From a virus: 37,333 nt of DNA. Below the pieces are notes generated by a model. It saw only the letters and a list, made by a program, of their open reading frames with translations, searched no databases and was not told where the DNA came from. Below, piece after piece: positions 1 through 7,694 of this stretch. How positions within the stretch are numbered: position 1 is the first letter of the stretch; every line of letters begins with the position of its first letter. The stretch is taken from positions 1 to 37,333 of the IMG/VR virus record IMGVR_UViG_3300045988_122037. One strand, 5' to 3'. The position numbers were made by a program, and so were the translations under genes.

Positions 1-77
<77 letters not shown>

Positions 78-230
78 TGCGTTGACGGAACAATCAATAA
101 GACACAACAGAGAGAAATTGCAAACTGTATCACGACAAGATATGACTGCGGAATCTCAAACCAACAGCAAGTCGGAAACATGGTTGTTAAAAAAATAGTG
201 GAGAGGTGGCAGAAAAACCTATTGATGTAG
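78..230 (+). CDS. Continuation of the C5-methyltransferase ORF past the repeat (the frame reached when repeat number is 0 mod 3). First TRD-like segment, ending at TAG 228-230.
   Basis: Frame 3 reads CVDGTINKTQQREIANCITTRYDCGISNQQQVGNMVVKKIVERWQKNLLM*. IANCITTRYDCG resembles the T-[LIV]-T/S target-recognition loops of C5-MTases. The other two frames stop at 83-85 (TGA) and 196-198 (TAG). Confidence 0.55.
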   Translation, partial: CVDGTINKTQQREIANCITTRYDCGISNQQQVGNMVVKKIVERWQKNLLM

Positions 231-304
231 CTGTAACTCTTATGGCAAGAGACTATAAAGGTCTTGGCAGCTATGGTGGAAATGGAGTGATTGAATGGAA
301 GTAA
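191..304 (+). pseudogene. C5-MTase TRD fragment in the -1 frame relative to the preceding segment
   Basis: Frame 2 reads KNSGEVAEKPIDVAVTLMARDYKGLGSYGGNGVIEWK*. TLMARDYKG is a classic C5-MTase TRD motif. It has no start codon of its own. It would be joined to the upstream segment by one extra A in the A7 run at 189-195. Confidence 0.5.
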
Positions 305-1143
305 TAGGCAGTATATACACAGAAGTAACAGCAGCTTTTCAACGAGGTGTGTATCCGATTGCAAGATGTGTGAAAGCTGAACAACATGATTTAGGAGTAG
401 TTATGGCAAATGTAAATGTTTTAGGCTCTCTTGAAGCAAAATTTGAGAGTACCAACAGAATTTATGATGTGGGGGGGTGCAGTCCAACATTGAGTACAAT
501 GCAAGGCGGTAATCAAGAGCCGAAAATTCTTGAAAGCCAGATAGTTGCCATGCGTGGCAGAAACCCGGAAAATCCATCGGATAGAACTACTGGAAGTCCA
601 ACGGAACAGAGGTTAGAAATAAATATGCAAGGCACAAGTAACTGTTTAACAAGTGTGCAGAAGGACAATATGGTTCTGATTAAGCAGGCTACAAAAAGTG
701 GTTCTATTGAATGTGAAGTTGGTGGATGCTTTGACGCAAGCTATCCAGAAAGCCAGACAAGAAGAGGGCATGTGCAAGATAATGGCAATACGTGTCCTAC
801 ATTAACCGCACAAAATCAAGAGATTGTACGGATTGAAAAGGTAGGTCAGATTTCCAGCGATGGTTCGCAATGCGGTACGGTTATCTATGACAATGGTATA
901 TCTACTAATCTTGTAGCTGGCACACATGGGTATGCGAATAGCCATATTGCCACTAAATACCGTATCCGAAAGCTGACACCAAGAGAATGCGGAAGGTTGA
1001 TGGGAGTATCCGATGAAGATATTTCCAAGATGGCAGCAGTCAATAGCAACACGCAACTTTACAAACAGTTTGGAAACAGTATCGTTGTGGACGTGATGTG
1101 CGCAATGTTTAGAAACTTAAATATTGAGCAGGAAGTGAAATAG
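295..1143 (+). CDS. DNA (cytosine-5)-methyltransferase, C-terminal part: several tandem TRD-like modules plus motifs IX and X
   Basis: Motif IX is RKLTPRECGRLMG and motif X is QFGNSIVV. TRD-like loops: CSPTLSTMQGG, IVAMRGRNPENPSDR..TEQRLE, TSNCLTSV, CPTLTAQ, STNLVAG. GGAG at 284-287 lies 7 nt upstream of ATG 295. Confidence 0.9.
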   Translation: MEVIGSIYTEVTAAFQRGVYPIARCVKAEQHDLGVVMANVNVLGSLEAKFESTNRIYDVGGCSPTLSTMQGGNQEPKILESQIVAMRGRNPENPSDRTTGSPTEQRLEINMQGTSNCLTSVQKDNMVLIKQATKSGSIECEVGGCFDASYPESQTRRGHVQDNGNTCPTLTAQNQEIVRIEKVGQISSDGSQCGTVIYDNGISTNLVAGTHGYANSHIATKYRIRKLTPRECGRLMGVSDEDISKMAAVNSNTQLYKQFGNSIVVDVMCAMFRNLNIEQEVK

Positions 1144-1173
1144 TTAAATTAGATTTTAGCGGAGGTATCAGAT

Positions 1174-1395
1174 ATGAAGTACAGATTAATTACGCAGCAT
1201 AATAAAAGTGATAGTGAGCAACATGTAACAATTACAGAGTGTAAAGAAGCTGTTAAACAGACATATTTAGATAGTTGCAGAAATGACTATTTTACTTTAT
1301 TAGAGCGGTGCAGATGCGGAGAATGGGAAAGAATTATGTTCCAACTCGAGCAGGGAAACGTAGAAAAAGAGCTGGACTATATTTTAGACAATTAA
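1174..1395 (+). CDS. Hypothetical protein (73 aa)
   Basis: GGAGG RBS before ATG 1174. No recognisable motif. Confidence 0.7.
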   Translation: MKYRLITQHNKSDSEQHVTITECKEAVKQTYLDSCRNDYFTLLERCRCGEWERIMFQLEQGNVEKELDYILDN

Positions 1396-1672
1396 ACTGA
1401 ACATTTAGAATTTAGGTGATAACTATTATAAAAGACATGTTTATGAGAAAGGAATAACACTTATCCTCGTGAAACGAGGTTTCCCGGAATCAGAATCCGG
1501 GTTGTAAAAATTGATAAATGCTAGAATGGAATGTCATGGTTCGTCTGAGAAATAGCAGCTATTAACACGCTGCTTAGGTATCGCCCCAGAAAAGGCTAAC
1601 GGCCAGCGGTAATAACTCCCAAAGACTATAAGGCAGATTGTAAATTTACCACACGGATAAATGTAGTGTGGT

Positions 1673-2560
1673 GTGTTGGAAGATTTTATTAAGAGATCAA
1701 TAGATCGTGTGAGGCTGGCAAGCGAAATGTCCATATCCCATTATGGGAAACCGCTTGTTTGTGAGTATTCAGGAGGAAAAGATTCGGACGCATTACTGTG
1801 GGTGTTTGAGCAAAGCGGAATACCGTTTGAGGTTCATAATTCACATACCACAGTAGATGCGCCACCTACGGTATACCATATAAGAGAAACATTCAGAAGA
1901 TTAGAATTGAAAGGTGTTAAGTGTACTGTAGATTATCATGATAAGGGAAACGGGCAGCGAGTGACGATGTGGAATTTGATTCCTATAAAGTTGATGCCAC
2001 CAACGAGGGTTGTTCGGTATTGCTGTTCAGAATTGAAAGAAGGTGGAAATGCAAACCGGATGATTGCCACTGGTGTTAGATGGGAAGAAAGCTCGGCGAG
2101 AAGCAGTAGGAGTGCATTTGAAGTCCTCGGAAAGACAGCGAATAAAAGCATAGGCGTTTCTGATGAAAAAATGCTTATAACAGACAATGACGATACGAGA
2201 CGGTTATTTGAAAACTGCCAGATGAAAGCTAAAACTGTAGTTAATCCAATTATTGACTGGAAAGCAGTGGATATATGGAACGTTATCAATGGCGAAAATA
2301 TACCGGTTTGCGAGATGTATTCCTGGGGATATGATAGACTTGGGTGTATAGCCTGTCCTCTGGCAAAAAAATGTCAGAGAGAACGGGAAATATATGATTT
2401 CCCCAAATATAAAACTGCGTATATAAGAGCTTTTGATCGGATGCTTGAAATGAGGAGATTCCGAGGAAAGAACACAAAGTGGACGTGCGGAGAGGAAGTA
2501 TATTTATGGTGGATGCAGAGCAACGACATACCCGGACAGATGAGTATGTTCGATAGGTAA
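1673..2560 (+). CDS. PAPS reductase / PP-loop ATP-pyrophosphatase family protein with a C-terminal Cys cluster
   Basis: Canonical PP-loop SGGKDS near the N-terminus. Cys motifs: RYCCSELK and GCIACPLAKKC. GTG start; the RBS is weak. Confidence 0.85.
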   Translation: MLEDFIKRSIDRVRLASEMSISHYGKPLVCEYSGGKDSDALLWVFEQSGIPFEVHNSHTTVDAPPTVYHIRETFRRLELKGVKCTVDYHDKGNGQRVTMWNLIPIKLMPPTRVVRYCCSELKEGGNANRMIATGVRWEESSARSSRSAFEVLGKTANKSIGVSDEKMLITDNDDTRRLFENCQMKAKTVVNPIIDWKAVDIWNVINGENIPVCEMYSWGYDRLGCIACPLAKKCQREREIYDFPKYKTAYIRAFDRMLEMRRFRGKNTKWTCGEEVYLWWMQSNDIPGQMSMFDR

Positions 2561-2595
2561 ACTGAACTTTAACGGATGAAAGAAGGTGTGAAAAA

Positions 2596-2814
2596 ATGAA
2601 GATTATTATAGGAATCATAATATATGCGTTCATCGGATGCGTATTTGCCGGATTCTTAGAAGATGATTCTGTAGATGAGATGGATACGCTGGCACAGGTA
2701 GCATTATGGCCGATAATATTACTTATTATCATTGCTTGGATACTTTCCATAATTCCGCTAACAATTGGACGAGTATTAAGAGCCATTTTTGATTTTTTTA
2801 ACATGAAGAACTGA
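2596..2814 (+). CDS. Small membrane protein (72 aa, two hydrophobic helices)
   Basis: Hydrophobic stretches MKIIIGIIIYAFIGCVFAGF and LWPIILLIIIAWILSIIPLTIG. GAAGGTG RBS. Confidence 0.7.
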   Translation: MKIIIGIIIYAFIGCVFAGFLEDDSVDEMDTLAQVALWPIILLIIIAWILSIIPLTIGRVLRAIFDFFNMKN

Positions 2815-2943
2815 ATATTGATATTTTTGCCGGCTGAAATATGCCGGTAAAAATGGTATACAGACATTAGCATTGTAGTACATTGATAATTGAATATTGA
2901 CGGTTGGCGTAGTATAATTGAAGAAAACTACGAGGTGATAAAC

Positions 2944-3255
2944 ATGGAATATGATTGTAAAAAACCATTAGGGGAACATTTGGAAGAATATATGGATTCA
3001 GATCTGTCAAAAATCTGTTCCGAACTAGCAATTCGTGGAATTGTGTATGAAAGTCAATTCAGGACATTGGGATCTATGGTCTGCAAACAAAATACAACAG
3101 CATTATCAAATTTGTTTACAGAAAAGACAGGGTGCCGAATATGGTATGCATATGATAAAAGGACTTACAATTTTGTGTTTTATGATATGGATACATATAA
3201 AGCAGATGAAGCAATCAGATTATCTGAAGATTATCAAACCAGAAGAGTTAAGTAG
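2944..3255 (+). CDS. Hypothetical protein (103 aa), bracketed by a 16-bp inverted repeat
   Basis: ATG 2944 is preceded by GAGGTG. The track start at 2890 (TTG) lies inside the left inverted repeat and has no RBS. Confidence 0.7.
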   Translation: MEYDCKKPLGEHLEEYMDSDLSKICSELAIRGIVYESQFRTLGSMVCKQNTTALSNLFTEKTGCRIWYAYDKRTYNFVFYDMDTYKADEAIRLSEDYQTRRVK

Positions 3256-3350
3256 ATATATAGGTATATTACCAACCGTCAATATTCGATGGTTGGTAAA
3301 TTTTATAGATATATATAGGTTGTTTTAGAGGAAGGAATAAAGATTGTAAA

Positions 3351-3905
3351 ATGGATATCACCCAATTCTTTAGTGAAGATAGTGTTGTATGGCATATTGT
3401 TGAATTTTTAGCACCATTTTTAATTTTAATAATAACGTTACATGATGAGAGAAAACAAACTGCCAAATATAAGAGGCAGGAGATAAAGTTGCAATATTTG
3501 AAAGAATGTATTAGTTGGCTGAGCGAATTAGAAATGTTAGCGTATATTGTTTCGGATAAAGCTGCTGAGTGCGTATACACATTCGATACAGAGAAGTTTA
3601 TTACAAATCATAGGGAATTTAACCGGGAAGCAAATGCAATGATGGAAAAATGTTTAGCAGGAATAGGGACATATAGTAGCGTGTCAAAAGCATTATGTAT
3701 AGAATTTGACCCAGAAGAGATTAGACATTTAACCGGGAAATTTATGAGCAATCTGCGTGAAACATGCAAAGAGAGCTGCGGGGAACAGGAAGGACAGCAG
3801 GTAAAAAAGATAAATAGTAGCACAACAGCATTTCAAAAAGAGATAAGAAATAAAATTTCCTTAGTAGGAGAAAATGTATCAAAACTATTAAAAGATGAAA
3901 AGTAA
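3351..3905 (+). CDS. Hypothetical membrane-anchored protein (184 aa)
   Basis: N-terminal hydrophobic segment VWHIVEFLAPFLILIITL, then a charged, helical-looking region. The region looks AT-rich. Confidence 0.7.
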   Translation: MDITQFFSEDSVVWHIVEFLAPFLILIITLHDERKQTAKYKRQEIKLQYLKECISWLSELEMLAYIVSDKAAECVYTFDTEKFITNHREFNREANAMMEKCLAGIGTYSSVSKALCIEFDPEEIRHLTGKFMSNLRETCKESCGEQEGQQVKKINSSTTAFQKEIRNKISLVGENVSKLLKDEK

Positions 3906-3914
3906 GACTATGTA

Positions 3915-3990
3915 TGATATAATAGTTATATAAGTTAGCGCCATTGAGCCGAATATTAGTCATTAATTTGATTGATGTCCGGCTCTTTTT
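3915..3990 (+). promoter_or_regulatory. Extended -10 promoter (TGaTATAAT, 3915-3923) followed 22 nt later by a hairpin terminator (3946-3985 plus T5). Copy T2 of a conserved element.
   Basis: The GAGCCG (3946-3951) / CGGCTC (3980-3985) stem is followed by TTTTT. The sequence resembles the elements at 9925-9975 and 20686-20729. Confidence 0.6.
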
Positions 3991-4019
3991 ATTTGTGTGA
4001 TAGGAGAGGGAGTGAGATA

Positions 4020-4856
4020 GTGGAGAATTACGAGAAAGCAGAACAGGATTATATGGCAGGAATGAAATATAAGGATATAGCGGAGAAGTACGGAACCACT
4101 ATCAACACTGTCAAGAGTTGGAAAAAACGGTATGCATGGAGTAGAGGAGAGGGTGCACACAAAGAAGAAACGGTGTGCACACAAAACAGAAAAGGTGTGC
4201 ATCCAGAAGATGACATTAGTTGGGTTGAAATAGAACATGAGTATGTGACAGATATAAAAAAGAAACCTTGCACTTTAGAGGGTTTATCAAAAAAATACAA
4301 TATTCCTTTTGCAACAATAATGGAAAAATCAGCAGAAGGGAAATGGTCGGAAAAAAGAAGAAAATACATAGAAAATACCAAGAAAAAAGCGCTGGAAAAA
4401 TCCTCTGATGCAGATGCCGACAGAATAGTAAGACTTTTATCCATTGCAGATAAGGCGGCAGAGAAAGCAGAGCAGGCACTAGGAGAACTTGAACAGTATG
4501 TTGTAAAGGATAAAAAGAAAGTTCGGACAGTGGAATATAAGGACAATACCGCTATTGGAAAGCCAACAAAGGAAGTCATAGACGAGACGGAGCATATTAA
4601 CATAGCAGACGGACCTGTTGACCGGTTGGGATTGTCGCAAGTGACTGCCGCCTTGAAAAATATAAAAGAGATCTATTCGCTCCCTGTCGATCTGGAAGAT
4701 AAAAGATATAAGGCAGAATTTGACAAGAAACGAGCAGAGGTCAAGGATGACACCGGAGAGGAAATCCTTAAGAATATGCAGACCATAGCAGATATTTTGA
4801 AAAATCCGGTGGCGAACCGCAGAATAGAAGATTTTGAGGAGAAAGCAGATGAATAG
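4020..4856 (+). CDS. terS: Terminase small subunit
   Basis: N-terminal HTH-like YKDIAEKYGTTINTVKSWKKRYAW, immediately upstream of terL. GTG 4020 follows GGAGAGGGAG. The track start at 3972 overlaps the terminator hairpin. Confidence 0.85.
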   Translation: MENYEKAEQDYMAGMKYKDIAEKYGTTINTVKSWKKRYAWSRGEGAHKEETVCTQNRKGVHPEDDISWVEIEHEYVTDIKKKPCTLEGLSKKYNIPFATIMEKSAEGKWSEKRRKYIENTKKKALEKSSDADADRIVRLLSIADKAAEKAEQALGELEQYVVKDKKKVRTVEYKDNTAIGKPTKEVIDETEHINIADGPVDRLGLSQVTAALKNIKEIYSLPVDLEDKRYKAEFDKKRAEVKDDTGEEILKNMQTIADILKNPVANRRIEDFEEKADE

Positions 4857-6192
4857 CCCGGCACCGTTCAGTGAGCGGCAATATCAATACTTTCTCTGGT
4901 GCATGAGCAGCTGGTTTAATGTAGCGGAGGGCGGCAAGCGTGGCGGCAAGAACGTACTGCAGACCATTATATTCTGTTCGCTGCTGGAAACACATCAGAA
5001 TAAAATACACCTTGTAGCCGGAGTATCAAATGCGACGGCAAAGCTTAATATTTTGGACTGTGATGGATACGGTTTGCTGAATTACTTTGAGGGCAGATGC
5101 CGCGAGGGCAAGTATAAAGACCGTGATTGCGTGTACGTGCAGACCAAAACCGGGGAGAAGATTGTCCTTATATCCGGTGGAGGTAAAGACGGGGATGAGA
5201 AGTTGATAAAGGGTAATACTTACGGCATGGCATATGTGACAGAAGCGAACGAATGCCACCCGAAGTTTTTGAAAGAGGTCTTTGACCGAACGATGTCAAG
5301 TTCCGACCGTAAGATATTTCATGATCTGAACCCGAAAGAGGAAGAGCATTGGTATTACACAGAGATACTTAAATTCCACGAGAAACAGCAGGAGAAAAAT
5401 CCAGATTACGGATATAACTACGGACACTTCACTCTGGTGGACAATATGAGCATGACGGATGAGCAGATCAGAAAAGTTCTTAGCACCTATCAGAAAGGCA
5501 CTGTGTGGTATAGACGTGACATTAAAGGCGAACGAGCAGTTGCAGAAGGAATCATTTTCCGAAAGTTTGCAGAGAACAATGAACCGTATCTTTATGATGA
5601 GGATACAGATCCATTGTTTGAAAGGGATTTGAAAGGGAAATTACTTCACCGCCCATCAAGGATCACAATGGGTATAGACTTCGGTGGAAACGGATCTATG
5701 ACAACCTTTGTGCTGAAGCTTTACTTCCACGGATATCATGATCTGAGGACGGCAGAGGAAGCAAACTTGGAACTGTCACCAGACATTGATGCGGAAGCGA
5801 TATGCAGTAAGTTTATAGAGTTTTTCAAATATTGCCAGGAAAAGTACGGATTTATTGACTGGGTATTTCCAGACAGCGCAAGCACAACGATGATAAACAG
5901 CCTGCGGAGTGCCGCAAGAAAAGCAGGATTGCCATACCGGAATATTAAAGGTTGCCGTAAAAATGAAGTGTCGGACAGACCACGAACCTACGACATGCTG
6001 ATGAATACCGGAAGGTGGAAGATAAACCGGAATTGCACAAAGCTACGAAGTGCGATCGGCAAGTTGAAATGGGATCCAGACCACCCGGACATACCAGAGG
6101 ATAAAAACATCGGAAACTGCAATGACTGGTGGGATGCGGAGAACTATACAATTTTGGATTTTATTGAATATGTTGATCTGGACAGAAGATAG
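4849..6192 (+). CDS. terL: Terminase large subunit
   Basis: Walker-A-like AEGGKRGGKN; size and position fit terL. ATG 4849 is preceded by GAGGAG and overlaps the terS stop. Confidence 0.93.
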   Translation: MNSPAPFSERQYQYFLWCMSSWFNVAEGGKRGGKNVLQTIIFCSLLETHQNKIHLVAGVSNATAKLNILDCDGYGLLNYFEGRCREGKYKDRDCVYVQTKTGEKIVLISGGGKDGDEKLIKGNTYGMAYVTEANECHPKFLKEVFDRTMSSSDRKIFHDLNPKEEEHWYYTEILKFHEKQQEKNPDYGYNYGHFTLVDNMSMTDEQIRKVLSTYQKGTVWYRRDIKGERAVAEGIIFRKFAENNEPYLYDEDTDPLFERDLKGKLLHRPSRITMGIDFGGNGSMTTFVLKLYFHGYHDLRTAEEANLELSPDIDAEAICSKFIEFFKYCQEKYGFIDWVFPDSASTTMINSLRSAARKAGLPYRNIKGCRKNEVSDRPRTYDMLMNTGRWKINRNCTKLRSAIGKLKWDPDHPDIPEDKNIGNCNDWWDAENYTILDFIEYVDLDRR

Positions 6193-6201
6193 GAGGAAGA
6201 G

Positions 6202-7581
6202 ATGGAGAGTTGTGTAAAAGCATTTTTGAATAAAAAAGGATACGATGTGAATGATAAGGCATTAACGATCATTCATGCATGTGATGACTGGTATGCGAAC
6301 AGATTGATAAATGATTTTCATAAGCGAAAAACAATCAATGGGATACCATATGAGCTTACAAGGTTGAATTTTGCAAAAAGATGCTGTTCTGATGATGCAA
6401 ATCTGTGTGAGGTACTTGAAATAAATGCAGGAGAAGGGGAACAAGCGGATTTTGTAGCAAAGGTGCTTGCTAGCAGTAATTTCAACACGCAATACCGTAA
6501 ACAGTTAGAAAAAACCTCTGCGGATGGTACAGTAGCCTGTTATATCCGCTTGGACAATGCAACGGTTATGGATGATTCTTCTGTGAGAGGTGGAGATATT
6601 AAGCTTAATTATGTGGAAGCAGATGCATTTACACCACTTACTGTTGAAAATGATATTGTGGTTGAGGCGGCATTTTCTGGAAGTACACTGGTCAAGGGAA
6701 AGAAGCAGACAACACTCGTGTTATTCTTGCTTGGCGAGAATAATCTATATACTGCGGAGACACATATTTTTAATGATCGTGGAGATGAGGAAGTTGGAAA
6801 ACAGACGATTGTGCAGCTTGGTGATGTGAAACCATTTGCTGTTATGCGTGTCGCTGAAGTGAATAATCTGGATAATATGGAAGGCTACGGATTGCCTAAA
6901 TTATGGAATGCAATTCCAGCACTTAAGGTTGTAGATTTATGCTATAACGTATTGTTTAGCGATTTGGACAAGTCTGAGAAAATTATACTGATAAATGAAT
7001 TACTTTGTGCTTTTGATGATGATGGAAATCCAATATTAACTCCTGAACAAAAAAAATTATTTGTATTTACAGGGGAAAAACTTCCAGAAGAGAAGGGGCT
7101 TATTCAAGAATATAATCCTGAAATCCGAGTAGAACAGATTACAAAAGCAATTGAACTGGCACTATCATTATTATCTATGTCTTTTGGGTACGGAACAAAA
7201 AAATACAGCTTTGAAAATGGACAGATTAAGACGGCTACTGAGTATTTCGGTGAAAGGCAGGATGCCATGCAGGAGCTTGGAAAGCAGCGACAAGTAGCCA
7301 CTGAATATATACAGGATATCTGCAGAGCTGTCATGTGGTTTTCAAATAAATACCATGATACAGCATATAATTTAGACGCAGAGATCACAATTGGTTTTGA
7401 TGACTCTTATGTGGAAGATAAGCAGGCGAAACTCGAAGCGATGAGAGCGGATGCATTATCGTTCCCGGAAGTGCCAATTTTAAAGGTTTGGTATATGATG
7501 GAAAAATATAATATTCCAGAGGATGAAGCTAAGAAATATATACAATATACAGACGAACCAATTGACGATGTTGATGATTAG
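6202..7581 (+). CDS. Portal protein (SPP1 gp6-like by position and size)
   Basis: 459 aa, directly after terL and before a MuF-like gene. Strong AGGAGG RBS. Confidence 0.88.
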   Translation: MESCVKAFLNKKGYDVNDKALTIIHACDDWYANRLINDFHKRKTINGIPYELTRLNFAKRCCSDDANLCEVLEINAGEGEQADFVAKVLASSNFNTQYRKQLEKTSADGTVACYIRLDNATVMDDSSVRGGDIKLNYVEADAFTPLTVENDIVVEAAFSGSTLVKGKKQTTLVLFLLGENNLYTAETHIFNDRGDEEVGKQTIVQLGDVKPFAVMRVAEVNNLDNMEGYGLPKLWNAIPALKVVDLCYNVLFSDLDKSEKIILINELLCAFDDDGNPILTPEQKKLFVFTGEKLPEEKGLIQEYNPEIRVEQITKAIELALSLLSMSFGYGTKKYSFENGQIKTATEYFGERQDAMQELGKQRQVATEYIQDICRAVMWFSNKYHDTAYNLDAEITIGFDDSYVEDKQAKLEAMRADALSFPEVPILKVWYMMEKYNIPEDEAKKYIQYTDEPIDDVDD

Positions 7582-7694
7582 GGGGGATTTAAAGGGCATT
7601 ATCAGAACAGCAGATAGATGTTTTATCGGATAAATACATAATTGGACTTTACCAAGATTTAGAGGATGAGGTCATAGCTGATATTGCCCGGAGA

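Noticed and set aside
1534-1734. Minus-strand 66-aa ORF in the structured intergenic region
   Set aside because: It has no RBS, spans the start of the PAPS-reductase gene on the opposite strand and runs through hairpins. It is judged spurious.
3972-4019. The TTG 3972 / ATG 3975 start for terS given by the ORF track
   Set aside because: That start lies inside the terminator hairpin and T-run (3946-3990). GTG 4020 has a strong GGAGAGGGAG RBS.
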